Assembly (NCBI GenBank): GCA_964016885.1 | Contig: OZ024759.1 | Span: forward strand, 23,126,001 to 23,190,000 | Length of the DNA stretch: 64,000 bases | Reading direction: 5' to 3' | From: Eledone cirrhosa | Taxonomy: Eukaryota | Shown here: positions 53,605 to 64,000 of the stretch, piece after piece | How positions within the stretch are numbered: position 1 is the first letter of the stretch | Layout of the letters: each line of letters starts with the position of its first letter | Position numbers and translations under genes: made by a program | Notes under the pieces: generated by a model | Told to the model about the DNA's origin: nothing | The model's database searches: none | Seen by the model: only the letters and a program-made list of their open reading frames with translations

Positions 53605-53739
53605 GTAAGTATGAAAGGAGGGGTTTTTTGGTCCCCCCCCTCCCTCACTCATCCCCCACTCTATCAGCTCTTGATAGTTGCCATTGCTTTGCCCCACACC
53701 AGACCTGATAAACACAAATAACAGCATTTTGTGTATGTG

Positions 53740-53779
<40 letters not shown>

Positions 53780-53824
53780 CACACACACGCACATGTATTT
53801 GTGTGTGTGGATATTATATACAGC

Positions 53825-53857
<33 letters not shown>

Positions 53858-54123
53858 GTCTGTATATATATATATATATATGTATATACATATATACATA
53901 TACACCGACGTGTGTGTGTGTGCATATATATATATATGTATATACATCGACTTGTGTGTGTGTGTGTGTGTGTGCATATATATATGTATATACATTGACG
54001 TGTGTATATATATATATATGTGTGTGTACATACATCGACGTACATGTGTGTGTGTGTTTATATATATAATTTATATAATATACATATATATACACATACA
54101 CACACATCTGTATATATATATAT

Positions 54124-54700
54124 TAAGAGGTATCAACTGTGTTCTGGAGAGGAGATTGCGTTGGTATGGACATGTGATGCGTATGAAGGATGACAGCTGT
54201 ATAAAAAAGTGCATGGCAATAAAAATTGATGGAAGCTGCAGAGTGGGGAGACCAAGAAAAACCTGAGACGAGGTGATAAAAACTGACCTTGCTCACTTAC
54301 ACCTCTCTAAGACAATGTCACAGGGTCGAGACCTTTGGCCGCCATGCAGTTGTACAGAAGACCCGACTGCCATTGCATACAAACCTAGTCAGTAGGCACC
54401 TCTTAACTCAATATACACCCCACCCTCACACCCTACCCCATCCTCCCTCTCCCGTTCCGTCCACTGTGTCGATGACAACAGTCCTCACTGTAAAGTGGCC
54501 GTGTAGGAGACACGGAGAAAAGACTCCCAGTCCACACTGTAAATGTGGTTGGTGTTAGGAAGAGCATCCAGCTGTAAAAAACCTCCCAGAGACGCTTCAA
54601 TGAGAACGAAGCATGGTCTCCCGACCATTCCTGCATCAAATGGAACAAAACCGTCTAACCCATGCTAGCGTGGAAGATGGACGTTAAACGACGATGATGA
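54124..54700 (+). mobile_element. RTE-type LINE 3' end, same family as 42790-43472
   Basis: [29 protein letters not shown]...GRPRKT plus the shared 3' UTR. Confidence 0.82.
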
Positions 54701-54718
54701 TATCTATATACATATTTG

Positions 54719-54749
<31 letters not shown>

Positions 54750-54756
54750 GTATTTA

Positions 54757-54804
<48 letters not shown>

Positions 54805-54847
54805 TATGTGTATGTAAGTATGTATGTATATATGTATACATGTGTAA

Positions 54848-54886
<39 letters not shown>

Positions 54887-55091
54887 TACATACAATGAGC
54901 ATCTTATCCAGATGTAAATATACACACACACACACGAGCTTACCCAGACATACACACAAAGATACATTCATATACAAAGTGAGCTTCTGAAGCAGATGTA
55001 AATATATATTAACACACACACACACGCACCCACACACACAAACACATTGGCTGTTCTCTCCATCAATTAATCTAATGTTTCTCTTCCACAG

Positions 55092-55185
55092 GACTGACAG
55101 AGGTGTAAATTACGGAAGCCTATACATGTCATATACATCCATCTTCCAAGATGTCAGGGCCTCTCTTAATTGGTTATATACTGAG
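55092..55185 (+). CDS. NT5C2: cN-II/NT5C2-like exon: [31 protein letters not shown]
   Basis: CAG acceptor, GAG|GTAATT donor, 94 nt. MSY.S.FQDVR motif. Confidence 0.93.
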
Positions 55186-55299
55186 GTAATTAAACATACG
55201 CATCTTTTCTTATACAGCCACTCCTCACTCAATGACCCTCGAAGTTGTAACTTATCTTACAATTGTGGTCGTTAGCCTACAGTTGCTAACACTCCACTC

Positions 55300-55660
55300 G
55301 TATTCAGGACATTCATATTCATCACTCCCCTCACCCAGTCACTTTTACCCTTCCTCAACACAAGACCCAACCATCTCATTCTATTTCTCTTAACAACATT
55401 CATCACTGGCTCTATTTCACTCACCCAGTCACTTTTACCCTTCCTCAACACAAGACCCAACCATCTCATTCTATTTCTCTTAACAACATTCATCACTGGC
55501 TCTATTTCCCTCACCCAGTCACTTTTACCCTTCCTCAACACAAGACCCAACCATCTCATTCTATTTCTCTTCACAAGATATATCACTCACTATCCCTCTC
55601 ATCCAGTCACTTTCATCCTTCAACACACGACCCAACCATCTCATTGCATTTCTTTTCACA
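55300..55660 (-). repeat. 87-bp tandem repeat (three near-identical units plus one degenerate) derived from RTE LINE coding sequence
   Basis: Minus-strand unit encodes NVVKRNRMRWLGLVLRKGKSDWV..., resembling [13 protein letters not shown]....WVKK. Confidence 0.85.
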
Positions 55661-55752
55661 ACCATACCTAGACATGCTCTAGGCGACCCACAGGCTGCAT
55701 GTTCAAGACCCCTGGCCTAAGTTATATTTTTCACATTGTTTTTTTTTTTCAG

Positions 55753-55832
55753 AGTAATCTAAAGAAAAAAACTGCTGACAATATAGAAAAATATATCCAT
55801 CGAGATGATAGGTTATCTGTTTTACTTGAAAG
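55753..55832 (+). CDS. NT5C2: cN-II/NT5C2-like exon: SNLKKKTADNIEKYIHRDDRLSVLLE(R)
   Basis: Long T tract plus CAG; AG|GTATGT donor; 80 nt. Similar to [27 protein letters not shown]. Confidence 0.92.
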
Positions 55833-56010
55833 GTATGTTACCTTCATTAAGAAATCTTATTGATCAGTGGAGTGTATGCATTCCAGAAACCATTAATTTG
55901 TGCTTAAAATATATTTAGATTTGCTATAGAATATTATTGGGGGTATTGCCTGTTTTGTTCCTGAGCTATACAAAGTTTCAAAGTATGTGTGTTTTATTAT
56001 ATTTTGATAG

Positions 56011-56071
56011 GATCAAGGAACATGATGCCCAGAACTTACTTATTACCAACAGTGACTACACATACACTGAT
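56011..56071 (+). CDS. NT5C2: cN-II/NT5C2-like exon: IKEHDAQNLLITNSDYTYTD, HAD motif II TNS
   Basis: TAG acceptor, GTAAGT donor, 61 nt. TNSDY.YTD motif. Confidence 0.94.
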
Positions 56072-56545
56072 GTAAGTTGTACATCTTTCATATTATTAAT
56101 TGTATATACAGTCCACCCTGGAAAGTGGTAGTGATGGTGCCATGATGAAGACCACTCAGTCCACCCTGGAATATAGTAGTGCAAGTGCTATAATGAAAAG
56201 TACCCAGTCCATCCTGTAAGGTGGTAGTGCTGGTTTCATAATGAAAAGCACCCAGTCCACCCTGTAAGGTGGTAGTTCTGCTGTCATGATAAAAAGCATC
56301 CAGTCATAGAAACCAAACCCAAAACATAACATAACATGACTAAGATGTGGACACTTGACTAGTCTAGCCTCAGAATGTGACAACCCATGCAAGCATGGAA
56401 AATAAATGTTAAATCGTGATCATGGTGATGAAGATGATACACATTACATTATACATAAGGTGGTACAACTCACCTTATATTATCTATACATCACACCATA
56501 CAGTATAATGACTTTGTACAACTCTCATTATATTAACTGTACAAT

Positions 56546-56817
56546 CGTAAGCCTCTGTGGCCCAATGAATAAGACACCAGCCTCCTAAGCCGGGGATTGC
56601 GGGTTCAAGTCCCGTCAGAGGTATTTTTAAGGGCTGTGGATTGGCAGTATCGGTAGAGGGTCGGACGCCATACTTTGATGCATAGAGTTACGGCCCTTGC
56701 CATTCTGAGTTCAAATCCCGCTGAGGTTAACTTTGCCTTTCATCCTTATGGGGTCGATAAAATAAAGTACCAGTAATACACTGGGTATTTGTTGGCCTTG
56801 TGCCAAAAGTAGAAACA
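56546..56817 (+). mobile_element. Composite retrocopy: 5-nt leader + tRNA-Arg + T5 + SINE family A, flanked by a 19-bp TSD
   Basis: ATTATATTAACTGTACAAT occurs at 56527-56545 and again at 56818-56836. Confidence 0.85.
56551..56623 (+). tRNA. tRNA-Arg(CCT), probably a degenerate retroposed pseudogene
   Basis: 73-nt cloverleaf: acceptor GCCTCTG/CAGAGGT, anticodon loop CTCCTAA, T-arm GCGGG-TTCAAGT-CCCGT, followed by TTTTT. Defects: D-loop GG changed to GA, a D-stem mismatch, and an A-C mismatch in the anticodon stem. Confidence 0.85.
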
Positions 56818-56835
56818 ATTATATTAACTGTACAA

Positions 56836-57125
56836 TGAAAGTAAAACCAAAGTTAGATATAGGTTGTTAAGAGTACTTCATTGTTTTACGAACGTTACAG
56901 AGGGTTGACTGATCATGGTAAATCGAATGATTAAACATCAGGAAGTGGTTACATTACCATCTATTTTTAGTGCTGATATTGGAGAGCAATCACTCCGTCT
57001 TTTTCAGAAACGTCTGGCGTTGGATCATTTGATCTATCATGATCAATCAGATCCTCTGTAATAATCGTAAAACAATTACGTGCTCTTAACCTATATCTGA
57101 CTTTTGTTTTATTTTCATTATTCAA
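56836..57125. mobile_element. Older, diverged inverted-arm insert
   Basis: 56836-56931 is approximately the reverse complement of 57023-57117. Spacer contains CTGATA...GAAACGTC. Confidence 0.5.
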
Positions 57126-57485
57126 AATATATATCATATATAGTTAAATATATATTACACGATACACTATTGAAGCTGTGTTCTGAATGAGAATGTTTAG
57201 ATAAACATTTTCTTCAGTATAACCTCTATGGCTTGCTATATACATATTTCCTTCACTGAATTTATTCTGCTAACAACAACCTAGTGTGAACATTTCTGAA
57301 TATCTGCAGACACACACACACTCAGATACATATACACACACACACTGATGCTCATACAGATACACCACACTCACACAGAAGCACAAAGATACACCACATA
57401 CACAACACATACATCATATACACACAGATACACACACACACAAACCCACGTAATTGAAGGTGTGTATGTGTATATATATGTGTGT

Positions 57486-57740
57486 GTCTTGTGTCCTTGA
57501 GCAAGACACTTTATTTCACATTGCTCCAGTTTACTCAGCTGTAGAAATGAGATAAGGACTGGGTCCATATCATTCCACTGTAAAGTGGTCATGGAGATGC
57601 CACAGCCAAAAAAAGCACCCAGCACTCACTCTAAATGAGGTTGGTGTTAGGAAGGGCATCCAGCCTTAGAAATCTAGCCACAATCAGTTCCTGTCCCACC
57701 CTTGCAAGCAGGGAAAAGCGGACTAAAAATGATGATGAAA
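57486..57740 (+). mobile_element. SINE family B (5'-truncated)
   Basis: Family B core and tail. Confidence 0.85.
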
Positions 57741-57744
57741 AATA

Positions 57745-57932
57745 ATTGTTTCTACTTTTTGGCACAAGGCCAGCAGTTACCCAGTACATTACTGGTACTT
57801 TATTTTATCGACCCCGTAAGGATGAAAGGCAAATTTAACCTCGACGGGATTTGAACTCAGACCGTAAAGGGACGTAACTATGCTGGAAAGCATAGCGTCC
57901 GACCCTCTACCGATACTGCCAATTCATCGCCC
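57745..57932 (-). mobile_element. Full SINE family A inserted into the tail of a SINE B, with TSD
   Basis: ATGATGATGAAAAATAATT on both sides. Confidence 0.85.
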
Positions 57933-57968
57933 GTTGATGATGATGAAAAATAATTATATATATATATG

Positions 57969-58210
57969 AATTAGTTACAACAGGGAATATACAGGTACTT
58001 AAGTTTTGTTGGATTATGCACTCCAACTCATTCAACCTGTTATAAAAACAAAGATGTCCTCCCATCTTTGTTTCTATAAAAGGCTGAATGAGTTGGGGTC
58101 TAGAACCCAATGAAACTTAAGTACCTGTATATTCACTGTTGTAACTAATTATACTTAACTCACCCCACGGAGTGAGTGCTCTTACCCTTGAATATTTCTA
58201 CCAAACTTTT

Positions 58211-58218
<8 letters not shown>
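57969..58218. mobile_element. Long fold-back insert (about 88-bp imperfect arms, 6-nt loop) with tail, between (TA)n tracts
   Basis: 57969-58056 is approximately the reverse complement of 58063-58150. Confidence 0.7.
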
Positions 58219-58307
<89 letters not shown>

Positions 58308-58337
58308 CTCTTATATTTAAAATCAATATATTTTCAG

Positions 58338-58373
58338 AGAGTCATGAAATATATACTGGAAACAAAAACCGAG
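58338..58373 (+). CDS. NT5C2: cN-II/NT5C2-like 36-nt exon: RVMKYILETKTE
   Basis: TTTTCAG acceptor, GAG|GTATGT donor, phase 0-0. Aligns with KIMTYLF, which fills the gap between TNSDY.YTD and W..YFD. Confidence 0.82.
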
Positions 58374-58552
58374 GTATGTTATTGATATTCCACCATTCTC
58401 CTCCTTTCCTTTACTCAAACCCTGACAACCTGTCCAACCAGCAAGTAAAGTGAACATAAAATGTGATGATGACAGTGATGGTGTTTAAATTTTGTTTATG
58501 TTCTTGCTGGTTCAATAAAATCCAACTGAAAGCATGTATTTAAATACCCAAT

Positions 58553-58920
58553 AAAAGTACCCAGTACATGTTGTAATATGGTTGGTGCTAGGAAGAGTAT
58601 CCAGCCATAGAAAGCTTGCCAAACAAGGGGTTAGGAGGACCCTTAGTTGTGTCAAAGACATGCCCCCCCCCCCCCATTGCTGGTGATCTACACAAAATCA
58701 CCCAGTACACACTGTAAAGTGGTTGGTGTTAGAAAGAGCATCCAGCCGTAGAAAGCTTGCCAAACAAGGGGTTAGGAAGACCTTTAGTTGTGCCAAAGAC
58801 ATGACCACCTCCTAGTGCTGGTGATCTACACAATAAAAGCACTCAGTACATGCTGTAATATGGTTGGTGTTAGGAAGGACATCCAGCCATAGAAAGCTTG
58901 AAAACAAGGGGTTGGGGCGA
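58553..58920. repeat. Tandem repeats of a SINE-tail module, period about 140-150 bp
   Basis: Three copies of GGTTGGTG.TAG.AAG..CATCCAGCC.TAGAAAGCTTG..AAACAAGGGGTT. Confidence 0.8.
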
Positions 58921-59438
58921 CTCTTCAGTTTGTCACAAAAGGCATTACAATTTCTCCTCCGCATTTGATATTACCATACATAAGTGTGATACAGACCCCG
59001 CAGCTTGTCTGAGGTGAGTAGCCCTGTCTTAGTACTGAATTGGTTTATGTAGACCCGTCCAAACCTTGCTAGCAGGGAAAGTGGAAGTTAAATGATGAAA
59101 CAATATATTTACATATTGAGGGTTCATTTTTATGTAATATGAAATCAAACTCAACTATATATATATGTGTGTGTGTGTGTGCAACAGTAAATTGCATGCA
59201 GTCTATTCTGTAAGTTGCTAGTGCTGGTGCCATGAGAAAAGCCCCAGTCAGCGCTGCTGGAGTCACAATAAAATGCTCCCAGTATACACTGTAAATTGAT
59301 TGGAATTAGAAAGGGTATCCAGGCATAGAAAACAAGTAAAAAATGGAGCATACAAGCAAGGTATAATCACCTGACCAATCTAGATTTAGTACGTTATAGC
59401 TTGTCTAACATAAGCAAAACATGGAAAATAGATGTTAT

Positions 59439-59824
59439 ATCATCATTTCATTTTACGTCCGCTTTTCCCTGCTAACAAGGGTGGGACGGGAACTGATTCT
59501 GGCTTGATTTCTACAGCTGGATGCCCTTCCTAACACCAACCTCATTTACAGTGAGTGCTGGGTGCTTTTTTTGCCGTGGCACCTACAGGTCCACTTTACA
59601 GTGTGGGCTGGGTGCTTTTTTGCCGTGGCACCTCCATGACCACTTTGCAGTGGAATGATATGGACCCCAGTCCCTATCATCTCATTTCTACAGCTGAGTA
59701 AACTGGAGCAATGTGAAATAAAGTGTCTTGCTCAAGGAAACAACACATCACCCGGTCTGAGAATTGAACTCACAACCTTTCGATTGCAAGGCCAATGCTC
59801 TAACCACTAAGCCATGTGCCTCCA
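59439..59824 (-). mobile_element. Full-length SINE family B
   Basis: Near-identical reverse complement of the 31376 and 43582 copies, with one extra internal module. Confidence 0.9.
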
Positions 59825-59912
59825 TGCTATATGGTAATAATAATGGTGGCGGCAATGACGAGAATGTTGAGGTTATCAATAACTATTACTTCTTTTACTC
59901 CTGATACTCTAG

Positions 59913-60020
59913 ACAGACAAACCTACCAAAAAATGGACAGAATACTTCGACTATGTTGTTGTTGACGCCAAAAAACCCGAGTTTTTCAAAGATGGTTCAT
60001 TACTGCGCCAAGTGGACCAG
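59913..60020 (+). CDS. NT5C2: cN-II/NT5C2-like exon: [39 protein letters not shown] motif III Lys
   Basis: TAG acceptor, CAG|GTAAGA donor, 108 nt. W..YFD...VDA.KP.FF..G..LRQVD. Confidence 0.95.
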
Positions 60021-60614
60021 GTAAGAAGATTTTGGTAAAACGAAGGCTGCTACAAAGGTGGACGTATTGTATGTTTGAGGTGAATGTTGGTAGAGAGAAT
60101 GGGAAAGAAATATTGTGATTGAGATGGATTTTGGTAGAGAGAAAGCTGATATGGATGTGGGTTTGAGGTAGATTTTGATAGATAAAAAGATGCTACAGAT
60201 GTGGAAGAAATGTGGGTTTGAGGTAGATGTTGGAAGAGAGAAGGATGATACAGAGGTGTGTAGCCAAAACACTATACATATGTATGCACAACTGTGACGA
60301 ATCTTAGAATGCTGAACTTCTATATTTTCTCACCACCCCTCCTTCCTCAGATGTGTGTGTATGTAATAATTATTTTTTCTAAGTGTGTGTTTATATATAT
60401 GTATATGTAGATGCACGCAGGTTTGTAATTCTATTGTCTATGTATCTTTCTAAATAAACAGACACAAACACACATATACTCACACATATATAAATATTTA
60501 CACACACAAACTCGCACATAATCGTAAGAGCCAATGTGTGTAGCCAAAGATGCTTTCTGCATTTTGTCATCACCAGTGCATGATGGACAAATACACATTG
60601 GCTTTTATTATTTA

Positions 60615-60722
60615 ATATCCCGCCGAGGTTGACTTTGCCTTTCATCCTTACGGGGTCAATAAAATAAAGTACCAGTAATGCACTGGGTATTGCTGGCCTT
60701 GTGCCTAAAGTAGAAACAATTA
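60615..60722 (+). mobile_element. SINE family A (5'-truncated)
   Basis: Family A 3' half. Confidence 0.8.
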
Positions 60723-61445
60723 TTTAATGGATATATTTTGTTATAAACATACTGGAATCTTGCTATGAAGGTTTTAACTTATTAACCCTTTAGCATTTAC
60801 ATTACTCTATATTTACTATTGCATTTTCACAGTAAATGCTTTACCTCACATAATATCTCACATAATCTCGAATCTATGAGATTTTGATATTTATACATTA
60901 ATTCATTTACTTTATCAATTATTCAATATACCCATGCTAGCGTGGAAGATGGACGTTAAACGAAGATGATGATGATGATGATGTCACTGAGTATTGGACC
61001 TCTATGCCACTATGCAATGTTTCAGGCCCATCCATCCATATATACATACATACATGAAGGTTGCATCTCAATTTCAAGAAGTCCAACCACCTAAACCCCC
61101 CCTGTTACACATGAGTGGCATGAACGTGACTCTTTAGCTCTGCAAAGGATTTACATTCCTTTCTGCATATGCTGCAGTGATGAATATTATGATGAATCTT
61201 GTAGCTATTACTAAATAATACATTTTTGTTATACATAATTAATATAGAAGTAAAATTCCATGACAAATTTTTCAGTATAATGAAATTTTTTCAATCCCTA
61301 TGGTAATAAACAAATGCTCAATTTGTTTTGGTCAATCTCTCAAAGAATTTTTCCTAACTACGAATTTTTTTTATCCCCCATGAATTTTGTTATAATAGAA
61401 TTTTACTGTATTTGTTTTAAATATAAATTATTGATTATTCAACAG

Positions 61446-61512
61446 ACCACAGGATCGCTAAGTATTGGATGTCACACAGGACCTATGCATAAAGGACAAA
61501 TATATTCTGGAG
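61446..61512 (+). CDS. NT5C2: cN-II/NT5C2-like exon: TTGSLSIGCHTGPMHKGQIYSG
   Basis: CAG acceptor, G|GTAAGT donor, 67 nt. TG.L.IG..TGP...G..YSG. Confidence 0.94.
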
Positions 61513-61571
61513 GTAAGTAGAAAGAATTTTAGATTAACTGCTGAGATTTGAATGTAAATAACAGTCTTCTT

Positions 61572-61760
61572 CATTGCCCTCTTATTCCTTGGAGCATCAT
61601 GAAAGGAAGAGTCCTGAAGCACGTCTTTTAGCAAGTCTTGTCAGAAGCAACTGTCTTCAATGGATCTCGCTTGATTCCCAAGCATGACCAGCCGTGCTTA
61701 TGGATGCTATCCAACAATCCTGCTCGTGTTCTACCCCTGAGTCTTCTGCCAGTTGGATTT
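61572..61760 (-). mobile_element. RTE-type LINE 3' fragment
   Basis: Similar to 44125-44400 and 51250-51430. Confidence 0.6.
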
Positions 61761-61871
61761 GAACAAGGTACAGCGCAGCCAACTGACCAGACTTGTCTCA
61801 TAAAATGGCTGACCCAACCAACCTATGCAAGCATAGAAAAATAGATATTAAACTGTGATGATGATTTTATT

Positions 61872-61910
<39 letters not shown>

Positions 61911-61989
61911 ATATATATATGTGTCTAAACCCATGCTAGCGTGGAAGATAGACATTAAACGATGATGATGGTGTGTGTGTGTATATATA

Positions 61990-62026
<37 letters not shown>

Positions 62027-62223
62027 CACTTCCATTTTGAAATGGTATATTGCAGGTGAGAGTTCAAGTCCCATGAGCAGTGGTGTGCAAATGTTTCCAT
62101 CTCCAGTATAGTTTAATACTGAAAGTATTAAACTATTTTCATAGTTAAACAACGTTGATGCTTCTAACTTACAAATTCAAAAAACTATGTACTAACTTGT
62201 AAATAATTATCTTTTACTGTTAG

Positions 62224-62446
62224 GCTCCTGTTCAGGTTTATCACAGATGATTGGAGCCACAGGAAAAGATGTACTATATATTGGTGATCACATCTATGGG
62301 GACATTCTTAAATCGAAGAAAGAAAGGGGATGGAGAACTTTCTTGGTCATACCTGAATTAAAACATGAACTAAAAGTATGGACAGAGAAGAAACCTTTGT
62401 TTGACAAAATTAATACTCTTGAGGTGGATCTTTCAAATATTTACAG
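62224..62446 (+). CDS. NT5C2: cN-II/NT5C2-like exon: (G)SCSGLSQMIGATGKDVLYIGDHIYGDILKSKKERGWRTFLVIPELKHELKVWTEKKPLFDKINTLEVDLSNIY(R), HAD motif IV
   Basis: TAG acceptor, AG|GTATGT donor, 223 nt. LYIGDHI.GDILKSKK..GWRTFLVIPEL signature. Confidence 0.97.
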
Positions 62447-62467
62447 GTATGTTGTGAGTATTTCTAA

Positions 62468-62680
62468 TGAAGTATTGGTAGAGTGTCTGACAAAATGCAT
62501 TATAGCATTTAGTTACGACCCTTTACATTCTAAGTCCAAATCCCACAGAGGTTAGCTTTGCCTCTCATCCTTACAGGTTCGATAAAATGAAGTACCAGTA
62601 ATGTACTGGGGTCAATTTAATCAACTTCCTCTTCCACTAAAATTGGTGGCCTTGAGCTTAAACCAGAAACCAATATTAAG
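62468..62680 (+). mobile_element. SINE family A, older copy
   Basis: Diverged family A consensus. Confidence 0.7.
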
Positions 62681-62875
62681 ATGGTATTTATAACAATGTT
62701 CTTCACTCACTGACATGTAGCTAGCGAAGAACATTTAATCGACTCTTCCTTCCTCTCAAAATTGTAGGCCTTGGGCCTAAACCATCAACCATTATTAAGA
62801 TAGTATTTATAACTTAACAAAATGTTCTTCACTAACTAAAAATAACAATATAGAAAATATATTCCAACCTTTTCA

Positions 62876-63565
62876 CAGTTGTACATGTCTGGCAAGTGAT
62901 TTGATCTAAGACTGTAGTGTTGAAACTAAAACATTTACTGTGTAAAATTCATTTTAGCCACTGTTAGTTTCAAAACACCACAGTCTCAGATGAATCACTT
63001 ACCAGACATGTACAACTACAGTTAAAATGACTGTTCTACGATGAAATTGCTTTAGTTTCAACAACAGTCTCAGATTAAGTGACTTGCCAGACATGTACAA
63101 CTACGGTTAAAATGACTGTTCTATGATGAAATTGCTTTAGTTTCAACAACAGTCTCAGATTAAGTGACTTGCCAGACATGTACAATGTACAACTACAGTT
63201 AAAATGACTGTTCTACGATGAAATTGCTTTAGTTTCAACAACAGTCTCAGATTAAGTGACTTGCCAGACATGTACAATGTACAACTGTGGCTAAAATGAC
63301 TGTTCTTCGATGTGATTGTTTTAGTTTCAACACATCAGTCTCAGATGAATCACTTACCAGACAAGCACAACTGTAGCTAAAATGACTCTTTCCCAATGTA
63401 ATTTTTTTAGTTTCAACACAGTCTCAGATCAAGTCACTAACCAGACATATGCATCTGTGGCTAAAATTAATTACTCTTCCATGATGTAATTGTTTTAGTT
63501 TCAAAACTAACACAGTCTGAGATGAAGTCACTTGCCAGACATGTACAACTGGCTAAAATGACTTA
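62876..63565. repeat. 85-93-bp tandem array preceded by one inverted unit
   Basis: About 7 direct units TTAGTTTCAACAACAGTCTCAGAT..GT.ACTTGCCAGACATGTACAACT; 62876-62960 is a reverse-complement unit. Confidence 0.88.
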
Positions 63566-63612
63566 CAAAAATTGTCTATTCTAACATTTTAACTGATTAT
63601 TATTATTTACAG

Positions 63613-63673
63613 ACATCTAGACAGCAGTTCTCAAGAAAACCCTGATAGTCAAGAAATTAGAAAATCATTGAAG
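63613..63673 (+). CDS. NT5C2: cN-II/NT5C2-like exon: HLDSSSQENPDSQEIRKSLK; gene continues beyond the window
   Basis: CAG acceptor, AAG|GTAATA donor, 61 nt. HLDSSS...PD motif. Confidence 0.93.
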
Positions 63674-64000
63674 GTAATAAATTTCATTTTATCTCATTTA
63701 ATCCTTTATGTTGTTAGAACACATGCATGACAGGTCGGTGGCGGTAGAATGAACCAATCTTACTTATCTCCCTTCCTAACACTCCATTGAGAGTTATCTC
63801 CCTTTAATGCGACAATTGTGCTGACTAATCAAAACATATCCAAACTGCTGTCTTGGTGAGAGGAACAGAGCTAGTGATGAATGTTGTAAAGAGAAATGGT
63901 ATAAGATGGTAAGGTCATATGGTAAAGAAGGATGAATTTGACTGGATGAGAGGAATAGAGTGAGTGATGTTATGAAAATGGAATGAAATGGTTGGGTCAT

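Overview
AT-rich, repeat-dense animal genomic DNA. The tRNA-derived SINE families and the very high (TA)n/(GA)n/(CA)n load point to a coleoid cephalopod, probably an octopus (inference). One protein-coding gene can be reconstructed: a + strand cytosolic purine 5'-nucleotidase (cN-II / NT5C2 family, HAD superfamily). It has 14 GT-AG exons with matching phases between 27603 and 63673, continues past the window end, and has a candidate first exon at 2539-2578 behind an E-box/CRE cluster. The rest is intron or intergenic sequence: two abundant SINE families, RTE- and CR1-type LINE fragments, a non-autonomous Helitron, piggyBac-, Tigger- and Tc1-like MITEs, and micro- and minisatellites. Almost all long ORFs in the supplied track are repeat artefacts. 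Main observations: (1) a tRNA-Arg(CCT) plus SINE retrotransposed as one unit between perfect 19-bp target-site duplications; (2) about ten fold-back (inverted-arm plus one-sided tail) inserts at (TA)n tracts, several with hammerhead-ribozyme-like cores, consistent with Penelope-like retroelement pLTR remnants; (3) substrate-pocket substitutions in the nucleotidase, some revertible by A-to-I editing; (4) minisatellites born from SINE and LINE fragments.
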